Below are positions 42,945 through 53,587 of a stretch of DNA of 64,000 nucleotides, one piece after another. A model generated the notes under the pieces. That model worked only from the letters and a program-made list of their open reading frames with translations. It was not told where the DNA came from and did no database searches. Origin of the DNA: a virus (taxonomy: Duplodnaviria > Caudoviricetes). The position numbers and the translations under genes were made by a program. Location of the stretch: IMG/VR virus record IMGVR_UViG_3300017911_001490, positions 16,598 to 80,597 of that record. One strand, written 5' to 3'. Each line of letters opens with the position of its first letter. The stretch's first letter is position 1.

Positions 42945-45604
42945 TGACAAAGAGGTACAAGAACATAACCATTCATCCTGCTCAAGGTGGTGCGTTAATA
43001 GGTTCCGCCTCTGATGATGTACCTACCACGCAGGAATCAAACTATTTATCATCCTCAGCCAATTACACCACAAAGGTAAACTTTCGCAGGGAGACCGATG
43101 GTGAGTTAAGGCGGGAAGGATGGGAATTATTTAACCCGAAGGATACTAAGGCAGAGCTTGGGCAATGGGGTAATAATATTGGTTTTGATCCAATAGACGC
43201 TCAGTACCCTATCCGTGCGATCCACCAATTCCCTGGCACAAACGGAACTCCTGTTATGATTGCTATCGCGGGTGGCAAGGTATGGAGACTCCGATCTGCC
43301 GATGCAAGTTATGCTCAGGATTATGGCGGAGGTAATAATTACTCCATGGGTCCTGACGGGAAGGAGTATTGGCTTGATGCAGATGAAGACTTTTATTGGG
43401 AGCAGATATATGAGTTCACTCGTCACATGGATGTGGTTGAGCCAAACGGATCACTTAAATCACCATTTGAGGGAGGTGCGTATCGTTGGGAAGTAGTAAA
43501 TGTAAAGAATCATGTCGTTATCAATAACGGGGTGGATCTTCCGATAGTTTACAAGAGTGAGTGGGATGTGGCGGAGCCAATCTATGGTCTCCGTGAAAAT
43601 GGTGTAATATCCGTGGGAACAGTAGCATCCTACCAAGACAGACTCTTCTGTGGAGACCTAACGGTAATAGTAAAAGGATACGACAAGTGGTTCACACAAT
43701 CATCCGACCCATACGGATACATATACGAGAGCAGTCTATACGGCCCTCAAGTAAATGTGGAGAGATACCAGTACCGAATGGTCTACTCATCCGAGGGCGA
43801 CCCCAAGCTATTTAACTCAGGTATTATATCCCAAGATGCAGTAGTCATGGAATCGGGAGGTATTCCTGGTGTACTGACTGTTCACGCAGATGGATTATAC
43901 GAGTTCACACCTGACTACAATTTCAAGATAGGCACAGAGGGGAGCATGTATAACTTGTACTCGGACGGGATATATCAAAGTGATGAGGCGTACACATTAA
44001 ACATGGTGTCTCCAATAGCGAATGTCTACCTAGAGGATCAGAAAACCATGGCGGTAAGTAGTATCTTCTTGGATATAAACGCAAACTCGGCGGGAAGCTA
44101 TGCAACTGATGATGACCCGAACGCACCCGCGGACGCAAATATACCATACTCAACAGATTATGGACCCGATAATATTTATAATACCTATGATGATGACTAC
44201 AAGGACTACTGGGAAACATGGACATCTTATAAGCTAGTCGATACGGAACGGGAGAACTTAGGTTTATCCAACCCCAATGATGGGCAACTACTCGATCCCG
44301 CTACCTATACGGTGGTGCTTCGTCCGTATGTTGAGCAACTTAGATCACCTGCCGCATTTCGTGAGTTCCCCGAGGATGGTTCACGCATCCTCCGAATGAA
44401 GCCACTTGCTGATAAATTGGTTGTGTATCGTGACTCAGGCTTCTTCTTCATGTCTCGCACAAATAGCACGGCATTCCCATTCGCGGTTGAGCCGAGATAT
44501 AATGGTGGTCGAGTGGCAGACTTTAGACATACGATAATAGATATAGACGGGAAGCAACATCTGTTCATGGGGAATAGTGGAATCTACGCAATCAATCGTA
44601 CATCCACCGAACCCCAACAGGTAAGTATGTTTGAGATCGGTCCTCCGTTTTGGCAACGAGTACCACCGGATCTCGCTGAGTTTGTGTATGCCGTGGATAA
44701 TCCAGTGACTCGTGAAATATTCATTATGTGCCCTCTAGGTCTACTAGAGAATGAGCATGGTGATTATATTAACGAAAAGGGGGAGGTCATATACAGTGAA
44801 GCCAACTTTGACTACGCAACGACTGAAAGCCGAGAGCTTTATGCAGACGATCCGTACAAAAGTGGAGATCAGGAGTTTTGGAACTTGGAGCCTACATATC
44901 CGCCACAACCAAAACTAAAATGGGGAGTTATAGCGTACGACTATGTAAATAAGACCCTCTCCGAAATAGATGTCTCCTTCACGGCATGCGCATATATTCG
45001 AAAACCAAAGCATAATAGAATTGGACCTGAGGAAGCATGGTTTGTAATGGGTGTACATCAGGCGGATGGGGATGAATATGTTTATCCTGGCACTCAGTAT
45101 CGAGAGGATGCGGAGTACGGAGGAGTGCTTTGTCGCTATGGATACGGGCCACCCAAGGTAAATGAGCGTGAGCCATATAGGATCTACTCGAGATTGGGCA
45201 AAGGGTATGATTCTGTAATCAAGAGCGGACTGATTGATTTTGGTGACTCTTACTCAGATAAAGAATGTCGAGCCTATGTATTGGAACTATCCAGTAAGTA
45301 TGGCACAACTCCTGTTCGTGTGAGAATTAGCACAAGCACCGCACCGCAGGGAACTGAGATCATTGAAACCATGCAGACAGTTGATGGTGAGGAGATAGAT
45401 TACGTGGAACTTAATAACCTCGTAGACGAAAACATGATACCTATGTATGTGCGGGCTCCCTACATTAGGGATGAGATCACTGTACTACCTGAGTATGACA
45501 ACGAGGGAAATGTGGTAGATAATCCAATCAAGATCGTAGGTCGTACATTTGAGGTGAGTGGAGTAAGTACAAGAGCAACAACCCAAGCATATAATCAAGG
45601 ATGA
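42944..45604 (+). CDS. Tail nozzle/stabilisation protein (podovirus type)
   Basis: 886 aa, beta-propeller-like composition, position after adaptor. Confidence 0.65.
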   Translation: MTKRYKNITIHPAQGGALIGSASDDVPTTQESNYLSSSANYTTKVNFRRETDGELRREGWELFNPKDTKAELGQWGNNIGFDPIDAQYPIRAIHQFPGTNGTPVMIAIAGGKVWRLRSADASYAQDYGGGNNYSMGPDGKEYWLDADEDFYWEQIYEFTRHMDVVEPNGSLKSPFEGGAYRWEVVNVKNHVVINNGVDLPIVYKSEWDVAEPIYGLRENGVISVGTVASYQDRLFCGDLTVIVKGYDKWFTQSSDPYGYIYESSLYGPQVNVERYQYRMVYSSEGDPKLFNSGIISQDAVVMESGGIPGVLTVHADGLYEFTPDYNFKIGTEGSMYNLYSDGIYQSDEAYTLNMVSPIANVYLEDQKTMAVSSIFLDINANSAGSYATDDDPNAPADANIPYSTDYGPDNIYNTYDDDYKDYWETWTSYKLVDTERENLGLSNPNDGQLLDPATYTVVLRPYVEQLRSPAAFREFPEDGSRILRMKPLADKLVVYRDSGFFFMSRTNSTAFPFAVEPRYNGGRVADFRHTIIDIDGKQHLFMGNSGIYAINRTSTEPQQVSMFEIGPPFWQRVPPDLAEFVYAVDNPVTREIFIMCPLGLLENEHGDYINEKGEVIYSEANFDYATTESRELYADDPYKSGDQEFWNLEPTYPPQPKLKWGVIAYDYVNKTLSEIDVSFTACAYIRKPKHNRIGPEEAWFVMGVHQADGDEYVYPGTQYREDAEYGGVLCRYGYGPPKVNEREPYRIYSRLGKGYDSVIKSGLIDFGDSYSDKECRAYVLELSSKYGTTPVRVRISTSTAPQGTEIIETMQTVDGEEIDYVELNNLVDENMIPMYVRAPYIRDEITVLPEYDNEGNVVDNPIKIVGRTFEVSGVSTRATTQAYNQG

Positions 45605-45879
45605 ACATACCAGTCAGAACATTCAGTCGTGCAATCGAGGTAAAATTTTCTGAGGACGAGGCAGTCCCTGAAAGTTTGAGACCATGGTGGGCAGACACAA
45701 GAGATAACTTGGAGAGGATCGTGGACAGGGTAAGTGACATCGAACAGGGAGAGACTTCGGTTGCGACCACTTCGGTTTCAGGAAATCTCACAGATAGGAC
45801 AGTCGAAGACTTGTTTGATCCAGGCACGGAATTTTATAGTCAAGCGAGAACTGATTTTCTTAGTGCGTTACACGACTAA
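45601..45879 (+). CDS. Hypothetical protein
   Basis: 92 aa ORF, ATGA coupling. Confidence 0.65.
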   Translation: MNIPVRTFSRAIEVKFSEDEAVPESLRPWWADTRDNLERIVDRVSDIEQGETSVATTSVSGNLTDRTVEDLFDPGTEFYSQARTDFLSALHD

Positions 45880-45899
45880 TAGTGTTACAATTACAAACG

Positions 45900-46145
45900 A
45901 TGAGCATATTAGGTTTAATTGGTAAGCATCTTCGGGAGCTAAAAGTTGAGTTAGCAAACAAGACTCTAATTAGCCTAACTGATGTTAAAACCGCTAGACC
46001 CGGCAACTTGTCAGTTCTTCAATACAACGGTTTACAAAACCAATGGATATTTGCTCCACCTGAAGAGATCGGTGCGGTCGTGGACGGAGGTATTGCAGGT
46101 ACTGTACACTTAACGGAACTTACGCTCGATGGAGGAGGTGCTTAA
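45900..46145 (+). CDS. Small fibre-associated protein
   Basis: LTDV...N-x-SVLQYNG-x-x-x-QW motif typical of fibre repeats; ends LDGGGA. Confidence 0.6.
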   Translation: MSILGLIGKHLRELKVELANKTLISLTDVKTARPGNLSVLQYNGLQNQWIFAPPEEIGAVVDGGIAGTVHLTELTLDGGGA

Positions 46146-46387
46146 TGTCAGTCTTCAGGCGAATACTCGTTCGCAGAGATACCGCTACGAATTGGGAGAC
46201 AGTCAACCCTGCCTTGCACCAGGGCGAGATCGGTATGGATCTTACGAACAAAAGGCTAAAGGTGGGGGATGGTTTCAATAATTGGAACGACTTAGAATAT
46301 GTTGATGACGCAGGACTAGATAGCATACGAGCCGAATACGGCGATGAAGAGACTTTTAAACTACATTTCGAACTACATAAAACTTAA
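46145..46387 (+). CDS. Small protein with Mtd N-terminal-like domain
   Basis: RRDTATNW-x-x-x-NP-x-L-x-x-GEIG...LKVGDG-x-x-x-WNDL-x-Y. Confidence 0.8.
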   Translation: MSVFRRILVRRDTATNWETVNPALHQGEIGMDLTNKRLKVGDGFNNWNDLEYVDDAGLDSIRAEYGDEETFKLHFELHKT

Positions 46388-46406
46388 CCACTAACTAACT
46401 ACTACA

Positions 46407-47135
46407 ATGCCAGCTACAGATATATTAGGAAAAATAGGTGAAACAGTCGGAGGGGAAATTAAATCCCTACGCACAACATTAACGGGCGATCTCGCAACCA
46501 AGGTATCCCTTGGAAATGTACAGACGCAAGTAACTACTAACGCAGGTGCAATTTCGGACCTTGATACCGCAAAAGCATCAAAAGTATCCCTCGCCAACTA
46601 CGCAAACGGAACAAGTGTATTCTCACTTCTCTCTGCCACGCGGGCTACTACCACAGGTGATGTAACCATTGGAGGAAACCTTACGGTTTCAGGAACGACC
46701 ACTACGGTCAACTCAACCACTGTCGAGGTAGAGGATAATGCTATTGAGGTAAACCTTCAGTCTGACGGAGCCGCTACTGCAAATACCGCAGGACTTATTG
46801 TTAATCGTGGAGAAAATATTGATAAGGCTCAGTTCTTATTCGATGACACCGTTGACAAGTTTACTCTCAAAGTAGGTACTGCCTTAGGTACTCTTAATGT
46901 TGCCACCGTTGAAGCTGCTCTTACAGGGGATGTCACAGGTAATGTTACGGGTAATGTAACTGGTAATCTTACGGGCAATGTCACGGGCAATGTCACAGGA
47001 GATGTTACTGGTGGCGTTACTGCGGGTGCAGGGAAAGTGGTTGCTGTTGCAAATGGCAATGGATTTACCATTAACTCAACTTCAATTGGAGATTACTCCA
47101 CATTCGAGACTGCTTTTAATACCGCCAAGGCGTAA
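46407..47135 (+). CDS. Fibre-like protein (paralogue group A)
   Basis: GNLTVSGTTTTVNSTTV-x-V-x-DN-x-I-x-VN motif; GNVT repeats. Confidence 0.75.
   Translation: MPATDILGKIGETVGGEIKSLRTTLTGDLATKVSLGNVQTQVTTNAGAISDLDTAKASKVSLANYANGTSVFSLLSATRATTTGDVTIGGNLTVSGTTTTVNSTTVEVEDNAIEVNLQSDGAATANTAGLIVNRGENIDKAQFLFDDTVDKFTLKVGTALGTLNVATVEAALTGDVTGNVTGNVTGNLTGNVTGNVTGDVTGGVTAGAGKVVAVANGNGFTINSTSIGDYSTFETAFNTAKA
46921..47026. repeat. Coding 12-bp tandem repeat (TG[N/D][V/L])x8
   Basis: LTGDVTGNVTGNVTGNLTGNVTGNVTGDVTGG with synonymous variation. Confidence 0.8.
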
Positions 47136-47482
47136 TGACTGACATTCTCGCCCAGATTGGAAACAAACTGGGTGCTGAGGTCAAGCTACTTCAGGCTCAG
47201 ATAGATTCCGGCACAGGAGGTGGTGGCGGGAGCGGTCATACGCACCCCGAACCTTCTGACGACTTCACTGAACTTACCTTCATTGGAGGTAAACTGCTTG
47301 CGACCACAACATATACGGATAGCACGAAAGCTGTAGTAGTTAGTAGCAAGGCGTTCTCGTACAATTCGAGTGATGTGCTTACTCAGATTGTGGAGTCTGA
47401 GGGTGGGAATGTTCATCTGACCAAAACCTTAACCTATGACTCTGATGGAAACCTAGAGTCTGTAACCAAGGATTACGCATGA
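47135..47482 (+). CDS. Small fibre-associated protein
   Basis: 115 aa; GGGGGSG linker, HTH-x-P, YD-like beta tail. Confidence 0.65.
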   Translation: MTDILAQIGNKLGAEVKLLQAQIDSGTGGGGGSGHTHPEPSDDFTELTFIGGKLLATTTYTDSTKAVVVSSKAFSYNSSDVLTQIVESEGGNVHLTKTLTYDSDGNLESVTKDYA

Positions 47483-49992
47483 GTTGGACTTATATAGCAG
47501 GAGCAAGTGGCCCAACAGGCAATGAGAATACCTTGAGGTTGGATGCTGGTACGACTGAAAATGATCTTAGTGGGTTAGAGGGCAAAACGGGAGTTACTGT
47601 TTCAATAGACAAAAATCACATCAAGGTATATCGAGTCGATGAGCATACACGGATTGAAATCAAAGGAACCCTGTACCATGATCCTGATGCAGAGATATTG
47701 ATTCTTGAGCATGATAATGTTCATGCAGACCCAGCCGCTGGTACATGGGGCAAAAAAAATGCACTTAAAATCGCTAACAATGGGGCATCCCCTGCGTTTT
47801 ATTATTATGGCACAGAGCGAACCGATGCAGCAACAGGACGGGTAACTAAATCGAAAGGTGCTGGTCTGATATTTACAGGTAACCCTCAGTCAAATTGGCA
47901 TCCTTCTGATGCGGCAATCGCAGGAGGTGGTGACCGAGATAGCAGGTTTGTATGTCGTGGTGGAGTTATTCTCACAACGCGTATGATTTCGTTTGGAGGT
48001 AAGTTCGATGTTGATGGACTGACTATAAGAGGAATAAGTAACAATCTGGAATACAGGACTCCATTTGGATCATCTAGTAGCACCTTTAAAGGGACAATTG
48101 ATGGTATTACTATTCCTACAGCACCCGATGGTTTTGATCCTGTATTCACTTTCCATAATGGTTCAGTCGCTGAAGTTCTTGGCCCTTGGCAAGAAAAGGT
48201 TCTAAGGAATTTTGATGTTAGTGAAAACATAGCGAATGTAGATGTGGGACAGGACGGATCGGTCACTTATGGGCATACTGATTGGATAGTGATTAATTCA
48301 GCAACTGGTTCAGATGTTCGTAAAATGTGGAGAGCTACTCGTGGAAACACAGGGCAATACGGCACACTTAGCACAAGAAAGGAAGTTTCTTTTACGATCA
48401 AAGATATAAGCGGAAACCCAATCGAAGGTGTCGCTATGTATCTGAAAGATACTCCCTCCGCCTACGCTAAGAATGGTAAGTTCATTCACCTACCCAATGA
48501 TACGCTCGGCACATACGAAAATTACAAAGTCGCATTTGAGCAACTAGGTAAATCACCATCCCTAACTAGAGGAGTGGCAAATGATGATGGGGACTTGGTT
48601 TACGATTACACTTATCCTGAGGAATACTCTAAGATAACAGATGCAAGTGGGCAGATTTCCACTTTTGAAGTATTAACCTCAATACAGATACATGACCGTA
48701 CAACATCAGATTCAACAGCTTCCCAGTATTATGTTACTTTCGGTGGAGGGAAGTGGAAAGAAGCAGATGGTCAACAGCCTCAATATACTGATTGGGACAC
48801 AGACAGGTTTGGTAATTTTTATAAGGTAGACAGGCGATCCGACAGCAACTCTAACCTTGATGACTTTACCTTTAAGTTCTGTTCCTATGGACACTCATTG
48901 TCCTCCTCATCACAACAACTCAAAGGTCTCGGTGAGCTAGAAGTGAATTGGGTATTGTTTGATGACCTGGTTATTACTGAATCTGACAAAGCCATTGTAG
49001 ACGCTTACACCGAGATTGATACATCTGCAAAATTTTACGACCGTGCTAAATCTTTCTTAACTGCAAACTACGAAGGGGAAGGATCAACCATTGTATCCCG
49101 TGCAGGTATCGACATAGAGACTACCTTTGATATAGAGATTGATGCCTCAGCTACAAGTGCTTTCGCATTCGATGGATCAAAGATTACAATTAAAGCATCT
49201 GCATTTTCAGGAAACATAACAACTACGGGCTTGGTAACCACACTCAATGATGCAGTTGTCCTGGGTACGATCACTGACTCCTCGGGGACAAGGGCAACCC
49301 TTCAGTATAATATAAGTGGTCTTATTCAGCATAGTCGCGTACAACTTTTCAATGTTACCGCAGATACTGAAATCTTTAATGGAGCAGTAAATTCAACAAG
49401 TTATTCCGCCCAGTACACCGAAGGCGTTGAAGTTAGCACGGGTGATGAAATACGGATGCGTGTAACAAGGCAATTTGGAACAACAGCATATTTACCCTTT
49501 GAAGCCACAGCGATTGCTACCGCATCTGGATTCTCATTCAAGGCGAGTCAACTTCTTGATCTTGTTTACAATACAAATGGAATAGATGGGTCTGCAATTA
49601 CTACACTAACCGCAGACTTCCCTAATGTACAAGTGGATGTGGATGATGCAGATGGTGTGTGTGATGTCCGTGAAATCTATGCTCGTTATGTAAACATCAT
49701 CACTACTGAAGAAGGCATTCGTCAATGGTTTGGTGGAATTACTGCCCTGAATGCAGTAAATTACCAAGTGAACACACAGATCGCAGACCTTACTATTCAG
49801 AATATAGGCACGAACGGAGTAAACCTTGGTGTTGCCAGGATATTCCGAGATGACGGAGCAATCATTTTAGCACAGGGAACAGCACCCATAACTCAGGATA
49901 ATGGCGAGTTCGTACAATTTATTGCCCCACAGGTGGAAGCATCTTTGGGTTCAGTAACCAAAAATACCAACCTTATACCCGCTCTTCTTTGA
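47479..49992 (+). CDS. Large receptor-binding/tailspike-like protein
   Basis: 837 aa beta-rich ORF amid the fibre genes. Confidence 0.6.
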   Translation: MSWTYIAGASGPTGNENTLRLDAGTTENDLSGLEGKTGVTVSIDKNHIKVYRVDEHTRIEIKGTLYHDPDAEILILEHDNVHADPAAGTWGKKNALKIANNGASPAFYYYGTERTDAATGRVTKSKGAGLIFTGNPQSNWHPSDAAIAGGGDRDSRFVCRGGVILTTRMISFGGKFDVDGLTIRGISNNLEYRTPFGSSSSTFKGTIDGITIPTAPDGFDPVFTFHNGSVAEVLGPWQEKVLRNFDVSENIANVDVGQDGSVTYGHTDWIVINSATGSDVRKMWRATRGNTGQYGTLSTRKEVSFTIKDISGNPIEGVAMYLKDTPSAYAKNGKFIHLPNDTLGTYENYKVAFEQLGKSPSLTRGVANDDGDLVYDYTYPEEYSKITDASGQISTFEVLTSIQIHDRTTSDSTASQYYVTFGGGKWKEADGQQPQYTDWDTDRFGNFYKVDRRSDSNSNLDDFTFKFCSYGHSLSSSSQQLKGLGELEVNWVLFDDLVITESDKAIVDAYTEIDTSAKFYDRAKSFLTANYEGEGSTIVSRAGIDIETTFDIEIDASATSAFAFDGSKITIKASAFSGNITTTGLVTTLNDAVVLGTITDSSGTRATLQYNISGLIQHSRVQLFNVTADTEIFNGAVNSTSYSAQYTEGVEVSTGDEIRMRVTRQFGTTAYLPFEATAIATASGFSFKASQLLDLVYNTNGIDGSAITTLTADFPNVQVDVDDADGVCDVREIYARYVNIITTEEGIRQWFGGITALNAVNYQVNTQIADLTIQNIGTNGVNLGVARIFRDDGAIILAQGTAPITQDNGEFVQFIAPQVEASLGSVTKNTNLIPALL

Positions 49993-50025
49993 CAAGATTT
50001 GAACAACCCTTAACATATACATATC

Positions 50026-50886
50026 ATGGCAGACTCTATCTTTACATTAATGGGCCGACAAACCCGCAGTATTGTTGGCGAAAAACTAAACCTCACAGGC
50101 GGAACCCTTACAGGAGACCTATTCCTTAACGGAGCCCCATCTGCAAACCTACAGGCGGCAAATAAAAAGTATGTCGACGATACGGTAGATGCACTCAATA
50201 TCAATGAGTATGCACGACTTGATGGTGCTGACTTTACTGGAGATGTTACGGGTACGAACCTCACATTATCGGGTAATTTGACGGTCAATGGATCGGTATC
50301 AGCCCTCGAGACAACTAACTCCACACTTGCTGATGCAATCATCTTACTCGCTAAGGGTGCTGGTGATAATGCAAATGCAACAACGGATGCAGGTATCTTA
50401 ATTGAGCGTGGCAGTTCCGAGAACAATGTTGCAATCTTTTGGGACGAGACCGATGACAAATTCCGTTTCGTATCCACAAACCTATCTGCGGATGCCTCTG
50501 ATCTTAGCTCCGGAACTACCGCCGAAGCAGACATTTCCGTAAAAGGAATTAACACCAATGGTAACGACCTTGGTAAGGTTGAGGAGTTCTTTGGACAACT
50601 TGTGGTATCCGTGGGAACAGTAGTAATACCCAAATCAGAGTTCGACAGCAACCAAACTGACGGAAAGGTAGAGATCACAGGAACAAGCTCTCCATTTAGC
50701 GGAGTAGCTATCTCAACTACTTACGGCTCACCTGAGGAAATAATCTACACCTTATCCGAGCAAAGTAACGACGGCACAGACACCACATGCAGACTTCAAA
50801 CAACTAGCTTGAGCGAAGGTGCATTAGACGACTTCCGTGGAACAGGTAATATAACCATCGGTGCTAGCGAAGTAACTTTCCTATAA
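50026..50886 (+). CDS. Fibre-like protein (paralogue group A)
   Basis: GG-x-x-TG-x-L, AANKKYVD, GNLTVNG...D-x-IILLAKG, AGILIERG...AIFWDETDDKF. Confidence 0.75.
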   Translation: MADSIFTLMGRQTRSIVGEKLNLTGGTLTGDLFLNGAPSANLQAANKKYVDDTVDALNINEYARLDGADFTGDVTGTNLTLSGNLTVNGSVSALETTNSTLADAIILLAKGAGDNANATTDAGILIERGSSENNVAIFWDETDDKFRFVSTNLSADASDLSSGTTAEADISVKGINTNGNDLGKVEEFFGQLVVSVGTVVIPKSEFDSNQTDGKVEITGTSSPFSGVAISTTYGSPEEIIYTLSEQSNDGTDTTCRLQTTSLSEGALDDFRGTGNITIGASEVTFL

Positions 50887-51449
50887 TGTCTGGACGATTC
50901 ATAACTGCCCGCCTTGCCTTTCGTCGTGGTACGAAAGAGAAATGGGAGTCGGAAAACCCGACTCTCAATGAGGGGGAGCCTGCTCTCGAAATAGGAACAG
51001 GGAGGATAAAGATTGGTGATGGTGAAACGCCATGGAATGAATTAAACTACTACCAAGTGGGTGACTCAGAGTCTCCTGGTACATTTATTCATAATGGAGA
51101 GTTGATCCCTGGCTATGTGCAGTCGGTAAGTAGTGCGATTGAATACCTTGGCCATCAGTTTAAGATTCTTAATGAAGCAGGATTAGATGAGTTCAATAGT
51201 GGCGTGTCAGGTGGATCTGCTAAGTTTTTACTTACAGTTGCTTCAGGCAATGGTGGAGCCGCCTCACACTCGGAGTCAGTAGACTTATTTGATGACGGGA
51301 CGGTAGTCTCACTCAATGCAGTACCTTTTGGTGGGTATGAGTTCGAAAATTGGGAAGGTCCTGTAAGTGACCCCGCCGATCCAAATGCGACCATTACGGT
51401 CACAAGTAATGTATATGTAAGGGCACACTTCAAGATACTAGGATCGTAA
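50886..51449 (+). CDS. Mtd N-terminal-like domain fused to a Listeria/Bacteroides-repeat-like domain
   Basis: RRGT-x-x-x-W-x-x-x-NP-x-L-x-x-GE...KIGDG-x-x-x-WN-x-L-x-Y; C-terminal V-x-L-x-A-x-P-x-x-GY-x-F-x-x-W-x-G. Confidence 0.75.
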   Translation: MSGRFITARLAFRRGTKEKWESENPTLNEGEPALEIGTGRIKIGDGETPWNELNYYQVGDSESPGTFIHNGELIPGYVQSVSSAIEYLGHQFKILNEAGLDEFNSGVSGGSAKFLLTVASGNGGAASHSESVDLFDDGTVVSLNAVPFGGYEFENWEGPVSDPADPNATITVTSNVYVRAHFKILGS

Positions 51450-51467
51450 CACGAATAGAATTGTAAC
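51446..51467 (+). promoter_or_regulatory. Operator motif ending at the start codon
   Basis: GTAACAC-gaatagaa-TTGTAAC-ATG; TAGAAT 6 nt before ATG. Confidence 0.65.
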
Positions 51468-53291
51468 ATGTCAGACACAACATCAGTATTTTATCAGCTC
51501 GGGCAAGCGGTATCTCAAAAGATCAGTAGTACTTCTAGTGGATTCGATGGAGGTACGATAAGCTCAAATATTACGATCCAAAAAGATAACCCAGTTTTAT
51601 TATTAAGGGACACACAATCCGATGGAGCGCCGCTCAATCAAGCATCTTACGTTGAGTACCAAAAGAGCGATGGAAGTGCTAAGGGTTATGTTGGTTATGG
51701 TACTAATAGCGATGACGATCTTGATTTAAAGAACCACATGGGTCATATCAGAATATCCCCTGCAAGTGGACATCAAGTGTATATCGGTAATAGTGCAGTA
51801 ATAACATCTGACAACATTAGCTCTTATGCCCTTACATCTGGTGGTGTTGCATCACAGATACAAATAGGTAGCGGCATACAACTGAAAGAATCAGGAGACA
51901 GGGCGGATCTTCTTCAGATTGTAGGACTAACCTCGACTTGGGCAGGAATACAGATCAAGAATAATACAACTGAGCATTTGTTCTCATTGATGTCGGACGG
52001 GGCAATATTTGGTCTATATGACGATCAGCAAAATGAGTGGGCATGGCAGTACACTGAAAACGCAGGGCACCAATTTAGATACAATAATGTAGTCAAACTT
52101 TCTACCAATTCTGCAGGTGCAACGGTATCAGGAACTTTGACTGCCACAAGTCTTTCAGGGGATGGCGCAAGTGTTACTAATGTAAACTACAACAACCTCA
52201 CTAATAAACCATCGATTCCCTCCGTATCCTCTTCAAGTCAGTACATACTGACTGCATCAGGTTCCTATGGAACGGTCAAAGTAAATGACAACAGAGGAGT
52301 CTCTTGGGCGGGTTATGCTATCCGTGATGACTGGGTTTTGATGTCTAATGGCGCTGACACTTGCGGAATATACAACGACACCGACAATGAGTGGGGTTTA
52401 ATTTGTAGAAGGAATGCAGAGACTGAATTATACCACAATGGGGCAGTGAAGATGGAGACCACTTCTGCGGGAGTATCGGTTGCGGGTGCAGTGGGTGTAA
52501 CTAATGGAGAAATTACTTCTGTAGGTAAAGGTCGTTTTGGTGGATGGGGCACATATTCTACATATTCAGGTGATGCCACAGAGATTGGGGTAAGTAGTGG
52601 AGATGGGTGGATACTGCCATACAATCGTTCCACTAGTACATATCTCCCAAACATGTACCTTCAGTGCGGTAGTAAAATTAGACTAAAGCGAGACACAAAG
52701 GGAACAGACATAAGTGGACTGACTTCATTTGGTCCTGCGGATCAGGCATACACCACTATGCAAATCTCCCCCGGCCCTGCCTCCTCGGGTGCAACATCAT
52801 ATATCTCTACATACAACTCCAATAATATGGGGTTCCGCACAGGTGGTACTAACCTTGGTATGGAGATCACAAATAGTGGTGCGTATGTAAGAATGCCAAA
52901 AAACCCATTTGTTCTCGCACAGAAAACAGTTCACCAAACATCGAGTGGTGTTGTTGCGTGTGACTCGATATTAAATCAGGTGGGCAATAGCTATAATACA
53001 AGCACTGGTCACTTCACGGCACCCGTGACAGGTAGATATGTTTGTTCGTTCACTGTTCTCCCGTATGGTTTCAACACAAGTAATACTAGTACTATCTTTT
53101 GGTATGTGAATGGATCTTCTAAAGCCTTTGGTGGCACGTACACGCGAATGTACGGAAATTATTTTGGGCAGGGAAATACTCTTACTTTTTACTTATACCA
53201 AGGAGATTATGTATATCCATACTTTAACCGATCTGCCAGTTGCGGACTTCACAGCAATTACACATTTTTATCAATAACTTACATAGGATGA
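51468..53291 (+). CDS. Tail fibre with C-terminal C1q-like domain
   Basis: Repeated E-L-x-H/Y-N-x-x-VK-x-x-T-x-S-x-G shaft; N-x-G-x-x-Y-N-x-x-TG-x-FTAPV-x-G-x-Y and YLYQGDYV. Confidence 0.8.
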   Translation: MSDTTSVFYQLGQAVSQKISSTSSGFDGGTISSNITIQKDNPVLLLRDTQSDGAPLNQASYVEYQKSDGSAKGYVGYGTNSDDDLDLKNHMGHIRISPASGHQVYIGNSAVITSDNISSYALTSGGVASQIQIGSGIQLKESGDRADLLQIVGLTSTWAGIQIKNNTTEHLFSLMSDGAIFGLYDDQQNEWAWQYTENAGHQFRYNNVVKLSTNSAGATVSGTLTATSLSGDGASVTNVNYNNLTNKPSIPSVSSSSQYILTASGSYGTVKVNDNRGVSWAGYAIRDDWVLMSNGADTCGIYNDTDNEWGLICRRNAETELYHNGAVKMETTSAGVSVAGAVGVTNGEITSVGKGRFGGWGTYSTYSGDATEIGVSSGDGWILPYNRSTSTYLPNMYLQCGSKIRLKRDTKGTDISGLTSFGPADQAYTTMQISPGPASSGATSYISTYNSNNMGFRTGGTNLGMEITNSGAYVRMPKNPFVLAQKTVHQTSSGVVACDSILNQVGNSYNTSTGHFTAPVTGRYVCSFTVLPYGFNTSNTSTIFWYVNGSSKAFGGTYTRMYGNYFGQGNTLTFYLYQGDYVYPYFNRSASCGLHSNYTFLSITYIG

Positions 53292-53584
53292 TACTACAAA
53301 TAGAACTAACAGACTCACAATTCAAAGCCTTTGAATATGTAGCAAAAAGCCCTCAGGAATGGGTGGAGAACTTCGCTCAGGAAAGAGCACGTCAAGCAGT
53401 CGATGAAATCACATCTAAGCTAATCGAGCATTGCAACACCAATGAGATAGCATTGGCAGTCGGGCAGGATGCACAGATCGACCAGGCATTTTCTTTAGGC
53501 ATCGTAACGGCACTCAAGGATGTGCCTGAACCTACCTTTGAAGACTTAATTGACCCTACTTTAGAACAACCAACCGAGGAATAA
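53288..53584 (+). CDS. Fibre-associated small protein
   Basis: ATG at 53288 (ATGA-type coupling); follows the C1q-like fibre. Confidence 0.65.
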   Translation: MILQIELTDSQFKAFEYVAKSPQEWVENFAQERARQAVDEITSKLIEHCNTNEIALAVGQDAQIDQAFSLGIVTALKDVPEPTFEDLIDPTLEQPTEE

Positions 53585-53587
53585 ACC

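Noticed and set aside
47748-47762. A8 run as a frameshift or phase-variation site in the large tailspike-like gene
   Set aside because: ORF is intact through it (GKKN) and nothing else supports recoding
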